From assembly GCA_000146045.2 (NCBI GenBank), contig BK006938.2:224001-288000 (forward strand): DNA of 64,000 nt, written 5' to 3'. The notes under the pieces are model-generated. The model was given only the letters and a program-made list of their open reading frames with translations, searched no databases and was not told the origin of the DNA. This stretch comes from TPA_inf: Saccharomyces. Its lineage: Eukaryota. Position 1 is the stretch's first letter; every line of letters begins with the position of its first letter. Shown here one piece after another: positions 24,581-37,900 of this stretch. Both the position numbers and the translations under genes were made by a program.

Positions 24581-27238
24581 ATGGCCACTAACTTAACATC
24601 TTTGAAGCCACCATTTAAGGTGAAGGCCAGGTATGGTTGGTCGGGCCAAACTAAAGGCGACTTAGGCTTTCTGGAGGGAGATATTATGGAAGTCACAAGG
24701 ATTGCCGGTTCTTGGTTCTACGGCAAGTTATTGAGAAACAAAAAATGTTCTGGGTATTTTCCTCATAACTTCGTCATACTATTAGAGGAGAGATTAAATT
24801 CGAGCACTGAAAATGGTAGGCAACCTTCAAAAATAGTAGAAAGTTTTGAAAAATCAAATAAAGTTGTTATTCCACCAGTACCATCAAGGTATTCTGACGA
24901 GAGGCCAAGGCCTAAAAAGAAGCTATCTTCATCAATGCCCAATTCACCCAAGAAGCCGGTAGATTCTTTGACAAAGGCTAGAAAGGCAAAATCAAAAGAA
25001 ATGGTAAATGAAAAAAATATCTATAATACCCAATCCTCTCGACATCATAATAACTCAGCTCCAAATTTACCTTTGGCTAGCCATAGTAAGCCTCAAGTAC
25101 GAAATTTCGAGGAGTCCATGAACAATCCGTTACCACCTCTACCGCCACTACCAGATTTGGACAATATGAGAAAGACAGATAAAAGGGCACCAAAGAAATC
25201 ATATTCTGCAAACGATTTACATATGGCACGTTCTTCAAGAGAATATAACTATTACAAAGACAACCAGAAATTCTATGATGGGTTTATCCCAGAAAAGAGA
25301 TATTCTTTAGAAGAGGACTCTATTTCATCAGGCCTGTTTTCAAACTCTCAGTACTTAAATGATTCTGCTTGTAGTAGTGAGAACAGTTTTGCCTTAATGA
25401 GTGATTTTAGTGCCACGAGCGCGGGAAGTTTCGCCAGACATAAATATGCACAATCGTTTTCCGATTCATTGCAAAGATCACAGAATGCAAATGGCTGCTC
25501 TACAAAGATAAATGATTCACAGGAGTTTGGTGATTCCAATGCTAGTTCGAGAAATGGAAAAATGGGTGATATCCTTAGGAAAATAATTATTCCAAAGAGG
25601 AATACAAATATTTACTCCAGTTCAGTATCCTCACCAAAGTCACCAAAAGCATATCCTAAACTACCAGATATTCAGAATTTAAACTTGTCTGCAACACCCG
25701 ATGAAGCTCGCGATTGGATTGCGGTAAAATGTCACTTGAACAGAGCAAGGACTCTTACCAAATATGACAAACATCCGAGGTATATGAGAGCTCTCGAAGA
25801 AAATCGCGACTTGATCTTACATCCTCAAGATTCGATTTATAACGGGCTAAATACCAATGAAGTCAAAGGTAATACAAAGCCCGGTTTGGTCGATGTGGAA
25901 CTGGCCGAATTAAACATAGAATACATTGATAAGATGACTTGGAAACGGTGTATTAGAGACGGAACTATGACATTAGACAGTTGGGCTCAAACAACTTTTT
26001 CAGCAAGATACTCAACTGTTCTGGAAAAGTTAAGAGGCATATACATTTTTTGCACAGAGATGTTTGCTCTGACTGATGATAATGGAACGTCAGATTTTTC
26101 TGCGGAACCCCAAAATTTAGAGAAAATACTATACAGAAAGCATTGTACGCCATATGAATTGACATGGCTTTTCAAGAAATTAGCAAACTCATTGGGAATC
26201 ACTTGTGAAATTGTTATAGGTTTCCTGAAAACACCGAGTGCTATAAATTGGGAGTTTAAGTATAACCACTGCTGGTTGAGAATACTGGTTAACAAAGAAT
26301 GGAGATTTATTGACGTTATTTTAGGAAATGTAACCAACCCAATTCATGAATTTGTAAATAACAGAAAGATCAAGAAAGCAGAAAATAGCTACTTTTTGAT
26401 GGCACCATTAGAAATGATATACACACATATACCGCCTAGGGAATTTGAGCAGCATATTGTTCCTAGTATCGATCAATTATCTGCATTGTATCTGCCATTA
26501 GTTTTTCCATCTTTTTTCAAAAATGAGTTAAAGTTATACAAATTTAGTACTGCACTATCATTTTTGGAAGATTCTGAGATCTACGAATGCTCCTTAGAAA
26601 TTCCCAATGACGTTGAAGTCTTTGCATCCGTGGTTATTCCAACGGATAATGAAGAAGCTTCATCTGCGTACAGGAATATGGAACTCGCACTGACCCAAAT
26701 CAAAAAGCAGAAAGCCGAGTCTGGTAGAAGAATTGCTCTAATCAAAGCAGTCCTACCACCCAATGTGAACAAAGGTTCACTGTACATACATTCAGGTGTA
26801 AGAGGTACGCAAACGAGTATTGCCAATATCCATCCACTGTCCATGATGGTCCCATTAACACATAAGGGAAGTAACATGAAATACGAATTTGTGATCAAGA
26901 TACCCTCAGAAAGCATTCAGAAGATTGAGCTATACATTGTCGAGCCACAGAGTAGATATCTATTTGTTGGTAATGAGTACTCATTCGAAGTTATTCAAAG
27001 TCCCTCCGATGGTATTGTATACAGCAGTGATGAAGGGCCGAACCAAAATAGGAAACAACCAATGGCAATAAAATCACCCTCAGGAAGAGTTCATGAGCTA
27101 GTCAAGAGCGATCCCCACTTTCCTTATGGTACCTGGAAAGGAAGCATTAAAATCAAAGAGCCCGGCGTCTGGAGCGCTTTAGTGATCGCTGACTCTGGTA
27201 TTGGGTGGTCCGTTTTTGCTGAATGGTTGTGCGTATAA
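24581..27238 (+). CDS. CYK3: Cytokinesis protein with an N-terminal SH3 domain and a transglutaminase-like core (885 aa)
   Basis: SH3 domain (KARYGWSGQTKGDLGFLEGDIMEV...YFPHNFV) and a PxxP-rich linker. Length and position match Cyk3. Confidence 0.88.
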   Translation: MATNLTSLKPPFKVKARYGWSGQTKGDLGFLEGDIMEVTRIAGSWFYGKLLRNKKCSGYFPHNFVILLEERLNSSTENGRQPSKIVESFEKSNKVVIPPVPSRYSDERPRPKKKLSSSMPNSPKKPVDSLTKARKAKSKEMVNEKNIYNTQSSRHHNNSAPNLPLASHSKPQVRNFEESMNNPLPPLPPLPDLDNMRKTDKRAPKKSYSANDLHMARSSREYNYYKDNQKFYDGFIPEKRYSLEEDSISSGLFSNSQYLNDSACSSENSFALMSDFSATSAGSFARHKYAQSFSDSLQRSQNANGCSTKINDSQEFGDSNASSRNGKMGDILRKIIIPKRNTNIYSSSVSSPKSPKAYPKLPDIQNLNLSATPDEARDWIAVKCHLNRARTLTKYDKHPRYMRALEENRDLILHPQDSIYNGLNTNEVKGNTKPGLVDVELAELNIEYIDKMTWKRCIRDGTMTLDSWAQTTFSARYSTVLEKLRGIYIFCTEMFALTDDNGTSDFSAEPQNLEKILYRKHCTPYELTWLFKKLANSLGITCEIVIGFLKTPSAINWEFKYNHCWLRILVNKEWRFIDVILGNVTNPIHEFVNNRKIKKAENSYFLMAPLEMIYTHIPPREFEQHIVPSIDQLSALYLPLVFPSFFKNELKLYKFSTALSFLEDSEIYECSLEIPNDVEVFASVVIPTDNEEASSAYRNMELALTQIKKQKAESGRRIALIKAVLPPNVNKGSLYIHSGVRGTQTSIANIHPLSMMVPLTHKGSNMKYEFVIKIPSESIQKIELYIVEPQSRYLFVGNEYSFEVIQSPSDGIVYSSDEGPNQNRKQPMAIKSPSGRVHELVKSDPHFPYGTWKGSIKIKEPGVWSALVIADSGIGWSVFAEWLCV

Positions 27239-27565
27239 ACGTTTTTCACAAATTTTTTTACAGCGCTATAATCTGTATCATTCAACATACATTCTACTCA
27301 GGAAGGTGAATTTCATAACTCATATATGGCTATATAGTACTTATTATTTAATGATTTATCCATTGCATTCATAAAAGCTATGCTGGTCCAACTTTTTCGT
27401 ATTTAGTGATGTTTTCGGTGAAGAAAATATGAAAAATTAGACCAAATGCTCAAATACATACGACATTTGAATTGTTTAGGCAAGTCCGAAAACGAGGTAT
27501 ATCAGCTAATTCAACCTGAAAACCAATTGAGTGCTACTTCGAAGTAAAATACATAGCCATTTCAA

Positions 27566-29746
27566 ATGGAATTATCCCCTACTTATCAAACAGAACGCTT
27601 CACAAAGTTCTCAGACACTTTAAAGGAATTCAAAATTGAACAAAATAATGAGCAAAACCCCATTGACCCGTTTAACATCATAAGAGAGTTTCGCTCAGCC
27701 GCGGGGCAGCTTGCGTTAGATTTGGCTAATTCTGGAGATGAAAGTAACGTCATATCTTCTAAGGATTGGGAACTGGAAGCTAGATTTTGGCATTTAGTAG
27801 AACTGTTACTGGTTTTCAGGAACGCTGATCTTGATCTAGATGAAATGGAACTTCATCCTTATAACTCGAGGGGTTTATTTGAAAAGAAATTAATGCAAGA
27901 CAACAAACAACTTTATCAAATATGGATAGTGATGGTTTGGCTCAAAGAAAATACATATGTGATGGAAAGACCCAAAAATGTACCAACTTCAAAATGGTTA
28001 AATAGTATTACTTCTGGAGGATTGAAAAGCTGTGACTTGGATTTTCCTTTACGAGAAAACACTAATGTCCTCGATGTTAAAGATAAAGAAGAAGATCATA
28101 TTTTCTTCAAATACATTTACGAACTAATTTTGGCCGGTGCGATTGATGAAGCATTAGAAGAAGCTAAACTTTCCGACAATATTTCAATTTGTATGATCCT
28201 GTGTGGGATACAAGAGTACTTAAACCCTGTCATTGATACGCAAATTGCAAACGAATTCAATACCCAGCAAGGTATCAAGAAGCACTCTTTGTGGAGAAGA
28301 ACAGTTTACAGCCTTTCGCAGCAGGCCGGTTTGGACCCTTATGAAAGGGCGATATACAGCTATTTGAGTGGCGCTATTCCCAACCAAGAAGTTCTGCAAT
28401 ATTCGGATTGGGAGTCTGATCTGCACATACACTTAAATCAAATTTTACAAACTGAAATTGAAAATTATCTTTTGGAAAACAATCAAGTAGGTACTGATGA
28501 ACTGATTTTACCATTACCTTCACACGCGCTAACTGTACAAGAGGTGCTTAATAGAGTGGCTTCAAGGCATCCCTCAGAAAGTGAACATCCAATCAGAGTT
28601 TTAATGGCATCTGTCATACTAGATTCTTTGCCATCAGTTATTCATTCATCCGTGGAAATGTTGCTTGATGTCGTCAAGGGAACCGAAGCTAGTAACGATA
28701 TTATAGATAAGCCTTATCTTCTGAGGATAGTTACACATTTAGCCATTTGCCTTGATATAATTAATCCAGGTTCTGTTGAAGAGGTTGATAAGTCCAAGCT
28801 CATTACTACGTATATCAGTCTTCTGAAATTGCAAGGCCTTTATGAAAATATTCCAATATATGCTACTTTCCTGAATGAGTCAGACTGCTTAGAGGCATGC
28901 TCTTTCATATTGTCTTCTTTAGAGGACCCCCAAGTAAGGAAAAAGCAAATTGAGACAATAAACTTTCTAAGATTACCTGCCTCAAATATTTTGAGAAGAA
29001 CCACACAGCGTGTTTTCGATGAAACCGAACAAGAATATTCACCATCTAACGAAATTTCCATATCTTTCGATGTAAACAACATTGATATGCACTTAATATA
29101 TGGCGTGGAATGGCTTATTGAAGGGAAGCTTTATGTGGACGCTGTCCACTCTATCATTGCCTTATCGAGGAGATTTTTGTTAAATGGCCGCGTAAAGGCT
29201 CTCGAACAATTTATGGAGAGAAATAATATTGGAGAAATATGCAAGAATTATGAATTAGAGAAAATAGCCGATAACATATCAAAGGATGAAAATGAAGATC
29301 AGTTTTTGGAAGAAATAACTCAATATGAGCATTTGATAAAGGGCATAAGAGAATATGAAGAATGGCAAAAATCCGTTAGCTTGTTAAGCTCTGAATCGAA
29401 CATTCCTACTTTAATAGAGAAATTGCAAGGTTTTTCAAAGGATACATTTGAATTGATCAAGACATTTTTAGTAGATTTAACTTCCTCTAATTTCGCGGAT
29501 TCGGCAGATTATGAAATCCTGTATGAGATTAGAGCCCTATATACTCCATTTCTACTGATGGAATTGCATAAAAAGTTAGTGGAAGCCGCAAAGTTGTTAA
29601 AGATCCCAAAATTTATTTCGGAAGCCCTGGCATTTACCTCATTGGTCGCTAATGAGAACGACAAGATTTATTTATTATTCCAATCTAGTGGAAAGTTAAA
29701 AGAGTATCTGGATCTCGTTGCTCGCACAGCAACCCTTTCGAACTGA
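27566..29746 (+). CDS. NUP84: Nucleoporin of the Nup84/Nup107 subcomplex (726 aa)
   Basis: All-alpha-helical protein of the correct length, beginning [16 protein letters not shown] recognise it as Nup84. Confidence 0.85.
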
Positions 29747-29994
29747 TCAATTAATGTATTGCAGAATAAGTTTATATTTTAAGTAAACAGCAATAATTTT
29801 ATGCATTTCTTCTATCTATTTCAGAAGTAATTGACGTGATTTTTTATAGTTTTGCTTTGAATCTTTGTGTTTCCACACCGGAGAAAAAAAAGTTCATGAA
29901 GTGAAAAAGCGGTTAAACATGAATTTTCTACTATCTAAAGATAAAATTACAGATGCAGTTACTTACATACATTGAACAGTTTCTGACGGCAAAT

Positions 29995-31126
29995 TTAGCT
30001 TCTATTAATTTTTTTCTGTAGCTGATGAAAAATTCTGTCCCTATGATGCGCCAATGGGTCATCAACATCCGTCGGAAAAAATTCATTTCTAGGGTATTCA
30101 ATATCATCTCCTTCATCAGAATCATCTTCGTTATCACTTATCTCTATTTCACCTTCTTGGCCATCCAAGTCAATGAAATTCGAGGAATTTATGGATTTCA
30201 AGACATCACTTTTTCCTCCAAGCCTGTTAAAAAGATCCCCGTACTCTTCCTCCACATCGTGGTACCCATTAGATCCCTGAATTTTATCGTCATTCCAAGA
30301 GGAAAACCTGCTCTTATTAACCCCTATAACAATCTCTTCACCCAATGCAGCTATATCCTCTCCTTCGCTACCAAATAGAATAGATCTATCATCATCTTCA
30401 TCCTCCGGATAATCATTTTGGTAATAGTTTTCGTCATTAGAATCCTCATCGTCTGAACGGGCTTCATTGGGATCACTTTCTTCATCAAGAGCCAAATCTA
30501 TATGCTCAATAATTTTCACAAACCCTATATTTTTCTCGTTGTTATATCTAGCAACCTCATCGTCATGAATTTTCTCCAAATGGTAGATGTCAAAAACGTA
30601 ATCTAAACTGGGTAGTGATGCAATTTTTGCAGAATCCCCAGTAAAATATTTCCTACTTGGTTTTTTTCTTTCTGTCTTTTCTACACCTTTATTCAACTTT
30701 AAATAGTCATTCACCATTTGATTGATCTCTGGCGGTAACCCATCGTCATCTACAGTACTTCCTTCTGCTGCAAGCCGCTGTTGTGATTTTTCATCATCTG
30801 AGTCTCTACGACTTTTTTTTCTTTGTTCCAATACAAAATGTCGATGATCTTCATGAGCCAGTTTTAAGAGTGGCGTAGAAGACTCTTGCTCGGATTGATA
30901 GCTTTCAGAGCTCACAGTCTTTGATAATTTAAATATGAACTTCTGCTTCTTCACTCTTTTCCCCTCATCAATTACTGAATTGTCCCAGATGAACTTAGTT
31001 AGTCAAACGCATTTTTGTTATATCGGTAGAATAACAACACATACATAATGCCTGCACAGAATCCTCATCCCTTCTTCTCTTTACTCTGATAAACTCAGGT
31101 GCCGTTGTGGTACTAATAGTGCTCAT
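29995..31126 (-). CDS. IWR1: RNA polymerase II nuclear import factor. Exon 1 is 31045..31126 and exon 2 is 29995..30974 (minus strand); 353 aa.
   Basis: Exon 1 encodes MSTISTTTAPEFIRVKRRRDEDSVQAL. Exon 2 continues LIDEGKRVKKQKFIFKL..., which is the track ORF. The intron has GTATGT at 31044-31039, a branch-like GACTAAC, and AG at 30976-30975. The join gives 353 aa plus stop. Confidence 0.85.
30935..31048 (+). CDS. Tiny 37-codon ORF antisense to the IWR1 exon1/intron/exon2 junction. I recall a putative small ORF annotated here (YDL114W-A).
   Basis: ATG at 30935 and TAA at 31046. Encodes MNFCFFTLFPSSITELSQMNLVSQTHFCYIGRITTHT. No other coding support. Confidence 0.25.
   Translation: MNFCFFTLFPSSITELSQMNLVSQTHFCYIGRITTHT
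30975..31044 (-). other. IWR1: Spliceosomal intron of IWR1 (70 nt) with the variant branch point GACTAAC
   Basis: Intron sequence, read on the minus strand: GTATGTGTTGTTATTCTACCGATATAACAAAAATGCGTTTGACTAACTAAGTTCATCTGGGACAATTCAG. Confidence 0.8.
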
Positions 31127-31603
31127 TCCCGAAATCTTGTATGCCTACCTCAACAAAAGCTATACCTCAGAGAGCAGTTTTATATACCATCTCTTGTTCT
31201 CATCAATAACTTGTCTTGAGCATTACACAATTTAAATCCCCTGTGCCGACACAAACAAGAGATAACCCGGAATCAATATTATCTGATTGGGCTCCTAAAT
31301 ATCGCATCTGTGGACTTGAATCCACATGCTGCGAACTTATTTGAAGCAACAATTACTTCTGTTGGAAGCGTGGTAGTGCCAAATCAGACTTGCTCTTTAG
31401 TTTTCTTATGTTAACGCTTTACTGCCTTTTTCTTCTATATTTTTGAACGTCAATATGTAGCGGGCGTCAGCAGAGGAACAGAATTTGTGACACTTCTTGA
31501 ATGAACATTTCTCATATCTGAAACCGCATCATCAAAAGGACACCTCAATAGAGATTCAGTGACATATTTAACATAGTTTTATGGGTAAGAAATATTATTA
31601 ATT

Positions 31604-32530
31604 ATGGTACGCAAGAATAAAATAAATAGAGCGAGTGGAACTACAAAACACCTCAAGGATTTTCCATCAGTCATCCTAAGTCTGCCCAGCTACAACCCTT
31701 CCATCCTTTCTAAAAATGCAACTGCACTAATAACCGGTGGTTCTAGTGGACTCGGATTTGAACTTGCAAAGGAACTTTCCAGAAGAATTAATAAAGTTAT
31801 TGTGGCAGATATTCAATCATTTCCTACTTTTGCTCAGGTAGAATATAATAACATTTTCTACTATCAATGCGACATAACAAGTCTAGATGAAATTAAAAAT
31901 TTGAAAAAAGCTATTGAAAGAGATCATGGCAACATTAATATAATTATAAATAATGCTGGTGTTGCTCACATCAAAAAGTTAGAACATATGACAAACAAGG
32001 AGGTAGAACAATTGATCGACATAAACTTAATAGGTGCTTACCGAATCATCAGTACATTTGCAGAAGATATGATAGACAATAGGGAAGGCTTTATAATTAA
32101 CATTGCTTCAGTCCTCGGAGAACTGACTCCTGCAAGGCTGACATCGTATGGTGCATCAAAAGGAGCAATGATTGGTTTTCACAAGTGTATGAGCAGGCAT
32201 TTCAGAAGTTTGTCCACGGAATGTAATAAAACTGGAATAAAAACACTACTGGTGTGCCCGGGAAAAATCAAAACTAATATGTTTATTGATGTCCCTACAC
32301 CATCTAAGTTATTGGCTCCTGACATCATACCTTCCCAACTGGCACTAGCGATAATCTCTGCGATGGAGCATAATCATCTGCAAACACTAAATGCCCCATA
32401 TTATGTGAACCTAGTTCCCTTTTTCAAAACTTTGAGTTGGCCATATAGGCATCTCTTAAAACATTTCAGTGGAATGGACCATGTAACGTCAACCAGCCCG
32501 CGAGCAATAAATCCGAAGAGAAGTGCATAA
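31604..32530 (+). CDS. YDL114W: Short-chain dehydrogenase/reductase family protein (308 aa)
   Basis: Rossmann motif TGGSSGLG, an NNAG motif, and the catalytic YxxxK (YGASK). Confidence 0.85.
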   Translation: MVRKNKINRASGTTKHLKDFPSVILSLPSYNPSILSKNATALITGGSSGLGFELAKELSRRINKVIVADIQSFPTFAQVEYNNIFYYQCDITSLDEIKNLKKAIERDHGNINIIINNAGVAHIKKLEHMTNKEVEQLIDINLIGAYRIISTFAEDMIDNREGFIINIASVLGELTPARLTSYGASKGAMIGFHKCMSRHFRSLSTECNKTGIKTLLVCPGKIKTNMFIDVPTPSKLLAPDIIPSQLALAIISAMEHNHLQTLNAPYYVNLVPFFKTLSWPYRHLLKHFSGMDHVTSTSPRAINPKRSA

Positions 32531-32579
32531 TATTTTAGTCTATTTAATACATTTGACGTTATTTGATCTTCACGTTGTT

Positions 32580-32594
32580 TATATATATATATAT
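32580..32594. repeat. (AT)7 dinucleotide repeat in the YDL114W/ATG20 convergent spacer
   Basis: Direct reading. Confidence 0.85.
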
Positions 32595-32632
32595 CAAGTA
32601 TGCTATAACGCTAAAAAAAAATGCTCATAATA

Positions 32633-34555
32633 CTATGCAAAATCTTGATGTCTTTTGACTTCTTTCCAAATTTCTAAATTTTGACGGGCATAATTTCTCA
32701 TATATCTGGAATAATGCTTTAAAATTTCTGATAAATCTACTTCCCTTTCTTTAGAAAATTTAGGTAGCTGGTCATTTTTGATGACTTTTGAAATGACCTC
32801 CAAATCATTCTCAGTAACTTCCAATGATTCAGACAGTTGTTCAATTTCTTTCTTCAAATTGATACTTGCGGTATGCGGATCTGTTTCTTGATACTTCACA
32901 GAATCTTTTACCATTGATGCCAATTTGTTAAATCCATTGAATAGTTTGCCACCATATGATTTCCCACCGCTACCTGTATTATTATTAGGGCGTTCCAGAT
33001 TAATAGTATGACTTTTAGACATTTCGTTGTCAATTATTTTGTCAACATCCTTATATTCATTGTTTTGCGCTTCCAGCTTCTCCAACTGTGCTCTTTTGGA
33101 ATTCAGAGACTTTTTAATCATTTCATTTTGCAGGTATTTCAATTTTCTGTATTTGATCAATTCTCTTGCAGAAGTTGCCATATGAACAGATTCATTTAAA
33201 GGCTCATTTATATTGTAGTATAGTCTTCCAACTAATTTTTCTAAAGAAATCGAGGACCCCGAAAAGGCATTGCTTAAGTAAGAAAGCTGTTCGGCCAATT
33301 CCCCAACTTGAGCCTGTTCATGGGCAAACTGTGCAAATACCTCACCGATTTCATTGTAATCCGATTTCAAATCGTGATAAGTCTTCGTGGTTCGTCTATT
33401 ATACTTATAAATCCCGTTATCTAACAAGTTCTCATATTGCTTGTAATCCTGTTCAATATTAGTAAACGACTTACTTCTTTCCTTATCCATTTTTTTGTCG
33501 TTGGACTCCTTATTCAACAATAACTGTGACGAGGAGCCCGGTATTGGTAACATGGCATGAATTCTAGTGGTGTTAGTGGGATCTAGTGGATTACACTGGA
33601 GGATGCTCTTCGGTAAAGATGAAAAAGTGGACGAACTGTTAACAAATTCATGCCAATTATGGTTATTAGGATCCAAAAAATCGGTAATTATAGATGTTTT
33701 TGTGATTTCTTCGTTCGTCAAAAGTTTGTTCAAGAACTCAGTGAGCATTCTTATCCTATGCCGTATTAACTTTTCATCACTATTATTGACCGACGCATGT
33801 ATCACAGACAATGATAGATCTACTGAACCAGAACCTTCTGAGGGCAGCAAATACTTTGAACTCGAACCAGTTATTGACTTACCATAATTCTTTATTGACT
33901 GCTTTTCTGGAATCGGCGGTATCAACGTCATAGGAAACAATCTTATCAAGATACTTCTCAAACTCTCGAAATCGCTGTAACGTCTCTGAACGGTAGAATT
34001 TTCAAACTGAATAACATAGGCGATGTAGGCTCTTCCTTGACCTTCGGAAACTCTTTTCGCTTCAAGTATGTGTATCCTAGCGGACTTCTTTCTATTACTT
34101 ACAGAAGGTTCTTCTGACGCAGAGGTCTCTCCGTTCATGGAGTTAATACTTCCACTAAGACTTGTTCTACATGTTTCTGCATTCGATTCTTGGTTTAAAG
34201 GCAATAATCCCTCAGAGTCATCCTCGTAATCTTCATTCGGGTTCTTTAGGTTATGGCTTCTCATACCGGGTATTTCTAATAAAGCTGATTTTGTGAATCC
34301 TGTTGGCCCCTCCTCCATGAATGGGTTGTCTTTTTCTAACAGGGCTGTGTGTACTAACTCAGTTTCTACTTTGTTATTGTCCCCCTTTCCAACCTTACCC
34401 TTTTTTGGGCTCTTTTTTGGCGATCCAACTCCATTCTTAGAAATTTCTGCCTCTGCCACATACTCAGTTGTCCCATGAGGTGGTTCAGCCTTTCCTGTAT
34501 TCCGAGTTTCCGAATTCAATTTAGCATTTTCTTGGACATCATTTAAGTCTGACAT
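32633..34555 (-). CDS. ATG20: Sorting nexin with a PX domain and a BAR-like C-terminus (640 aa)
   Basis: PX domain (…[32 protein letters not shown]…) followed by a coiled-coil C-terminal half. Length matches Atg20/Snx42. Confidence 0.85.
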   Translation of the reverse strand: MSDLNDVQENAKLNSETRNTGKAEPPHGTTEYVAEAEISKNGVGSPKKSPKKGKVGKGDNNKVETELVHTALLEKDNPFMEEGPTGFTKSALLEIPGMRSHNLKNPNEDYEDDSEGLLPLNQESNAETCRTSLSGSINSMNGETSASEEPSVSNRKKSARIHILEAKRVSEGQGRAYIAYVIQFENSTVQRRYSDFESLRSILIRLFPMTLIPPIPEKQSIKNYGKSITGSSSKYLLPSEGSGSVDLSLSVIHASVNNSDEKLIRHRIRMLTEFLNKLLTNEEITKTSIITDFLDPNNHNWHEFVNSSSTFSSLPKSILQCNPLDPTNTTRIHAMLPIPGSSSQLLLNKESNDKKMDKERSKSFTNIEQDYKQYENLLDNGIYKYNRRTTKTYHDLKSDYNEIGEVFAQFAHEQAQVGELAEQLSYLSNAFSGSSISLEKLVGRLYYNINEPLNESVHMATSARELIKYRKLKYLQNEMIKKSLNSKRAQLEKLEAQNNEYKDVDKIIDNEMSKSHTINLERPNNNTGSGGKSYGGKLFNGFNKLASMVKDSVKYQETDPHTASINLKKEIEQLSESLEVTENDLEVISKVIKNDQLPKFSKEREVDLSEILKHYSRYMRNYARQNLEIWKEVKRHQDFA

Positions 34556-34914
34556 TGTGTGCTGTAGAAGACAACTTTTCTAGATGGTATGTTCAATTGC
34601 ACCACCAGTATTCGAGCTAGTCATCTCTTCATTTTGGAGATGACTTGCTGTAAATCGATAAATATTGGCTTACTCAATAGCCATATCTTAAAGGGGGCAC
34701 AATGGGTGAGTTGTCGGGTAAGGGAATGTAGATCACGTGAATGAAAATTCAAGTGTTTTTCGAAAAGTTTCACCATGGCGATGAGCAAGATTGAAACAGC
34801 ACTATTGTAACTATATAATTGCTAGTAAGCAAATAAGCCAAGCCTTATTAAAATCCGGTGAAAAGAATTGTTTAACGAACGTTACAAACTCTATACCTTT
34901 TTTTTACCAGCAAA

Positions 34915-37900
34915 ATGGTTGGAGGTGCTCTCATCTGCAAATATTTACCACGCGAAGAGCAACTAAAGCTTATATCAGACTTGATTCAGAATGACAGCTT
35001 AGAAGAGGTGCTGGAGTTGATTGAAACTTCGCCACTGGATATAACGACGGACAGCAACATTGAAACACCAATCTTTGAAAAAATTACTGAGCAGGTCATT
35101 GCGTATGCTAGTATAGACGGTGAAGCCAGGGAAATGTTTCGCTCTTCGAGGGCTGAAATGAACAAGGCGCTAAGAACTTCTGCACAATTACTATGTTGTT
35201 TACCCAGTGTATGGCATAAATTTCAGGTGTGGATGAGCTACCGGTTAAATGACATCATTAGCGAAAACTATAAACATCTCTTCAATGACAACTTTGGAAA
35301 AAAGATTGTACAACCATTTTTCGATTCTTTTGCTGAGGAACAAAACGCTAATATCAAGCATGAAAATCTGCACTTAGATATCCTTAGCCTGCTTCACTAC
35401 TTAGAAGTTGTATATTTATTTGACGAATGTAAGAATGGTATATCGTCCAAATGCCTAGATTTTATCATTGTTCCATTGTTAGGCTGTAATTCGGAAGAGA
35501 TTGCTGATTCCTGCTCCAAGTTAATGAGATGGCATATCAAATATTTATCGAAATGCTGCAATACCGATAGTAACTTTGATAAGCTCATTTGGACATTTAT
35601 CAAACAATTGTACGCTGAAGGCTCCCAACAAGCTTGGAAGCAAAAGAACAGTTTATCTTTTCTCCTAAGATTCCTTTTAGCAGCAGAGTTGTCTCCTGAA
35701 CTTATTACTTATATAAAGACCGATGCTTATTGGAGGCACATTCAAACAGAGCTGGATAATGATGTGCACGAACACAGAAAATTGGCACTCTCAATTCTTA
35801 AATTAACAATTCAAAAACTGTCATCTCATGGTATAACATTGCAAACAACATTTTATAAATGCAATGATCTAGCAAATATCGAGATGCTGGGTAGCTGGAA
35901 GAAATTCACCACCTTATATGAAATGATTGCTCTGGACACATCATTGAATCAAATACAAGCGGCCAAACAAGATATAATAAAAATTTTTGATAACGAGCAT
36001 TTACACCATAGTTGGGGCCTTATCTTGCTTTCTACGGGATTGAAATCATCAATGGAGAGTGTCAGAAAATACATGATGACGTTAATGTTCTCGATTACAA
36101 ATATGTCAGCATTCTCTTCAAACTTGCCATTATTGACAAAAACTCTTCTTCCAGCTGCAATGTCCGCTCATTATTTTGATGTAAAAGGTGTCAGTTGTCC
36201 CCATGGTGAAAAACTTTCATTATTTGTCAATAACTTACTTTCCCAAACAACAGAAGGCATATCAGATATATTATTTGAAATTTTGAAATTATTGGTGGAA
36301 AAAGGGACCTCTTTTGACCCTTCTAGGATATACTTGTCCTACGGTATCTTAGTTTTCTTCCAGAATAACAAACAGAAAACAATCAACTCTGACCATTTGA
36401 GTCTGATCAGGAAATTGTACGATTTTGCAGCCGAAGAAGAGGTTCTCGAAACTACAATCCAAACAATTTACTTGAAGTTCTTACTGTACATTGATCCATC
36501 TGTCTCCGCATCTGAATTATTGTTTACATTAGTTTCACACATTAAGTTAAAGGGAGGGACATACAAATATGTTGAGCCTCTTTTTGAAGATTATAGGGAT
36601 CTTGCCGTTTCTCACTTTGACGATTTGCAAGCGAAAGAAAACTTGACGACAAACATCGGAAAGGATACTATTTTTGACCTCTTAGCATCTATCATCTTCG
36701 ATTTCAAGGATATTGATATTACTCCCGATTTTTTAATTGAAGTTGCGAAGTCGAAGCAAGATATACCCGTTTACACTTCAAAGGCAGTTACTTTTCTAAC
36801 TCAGCTACTTTCAGGCGAACCTTCGAACGGTTATACCTATGAAAATGCAACCGCTTTGTTGTCTTACCCAAATTTTACAATATCTACATGGAAATCCATC
36901 AATGTGAATAATTTATTTAAGTCGGTAATGGAAAAATTTTCGCTTGATAAATTCAAGTTCTTTGCTGAAATTTACCAGAAGACTTATGAATGTAGGTTCG
37001 ATACAATCGAGCTAAATTTTAATGACCTTCTGAGCCTATATGAAATGGTTAAAAAGTCTGCCAATCAGTGTTCAAGAGAGAGCTTTAAAGTGAAGGACAG
37101 CGCTTATTCTTCTTACTTTGAACTTTTAAATACCTTCCTGAAAACATACGCCTTAAATCGTGACTCTTCTGAAGGAAATGATGATGAGCTTCACATACTA
37201 CTACGCTTAGTTGACGAGAATATTAACAAAGATAATGGGAATTATCTGGGGAACCTGGCAGTCTGTAAATTATTGTACTTTATCATAGATTCCTACATCC
37301 ATTGCTCCACATCTGTTTCTGATGATGATATTTTCATAGTGAAATTCATTTTTGAGAAATTTTCGTTTATATGGGAATGTATTAATAGTGAAAGATTAGT
37401 TTTGAAGGAAAGGGATCTGCATTTGATGCTAATTAAGGGATTATTTCATCCTGTGATCCTGTACTTTGGATCAAATCAGTATATCGATACTTTGACCTCG
37501 AAGTTGGAGGAACATGCACAAACGATTATATCATTGAGTTATTCCAGAAGAAGCCTACTCCCTCTTCTCGGATCACAACTCAGAGTATTTATGAAGTTTT
37601 ATGGGAAATTGTTAAGAGAAGATGTCAACTATTGGTGGTTGATTAACATTATAGTAGGTGTTTTCAAACAGCCGCAAATGGATGTCAACCTTTACAAGCT
37701 CAAACCTGTTATTTCCAGCCTATTTGACCACAAACTGAACAATTATTACATAAAAGGCGATGAACTTTATGAAAAGGTGTACGGACCCGACGAAATATTG
37801 GCTAGAGTATCTATTATTGATTCTATTTTATATGCAAATGATCAGTTGAAAATTCGATTAATCGAAAAAGTTACTGAAAAAACAAACGCACTTTATGCTA

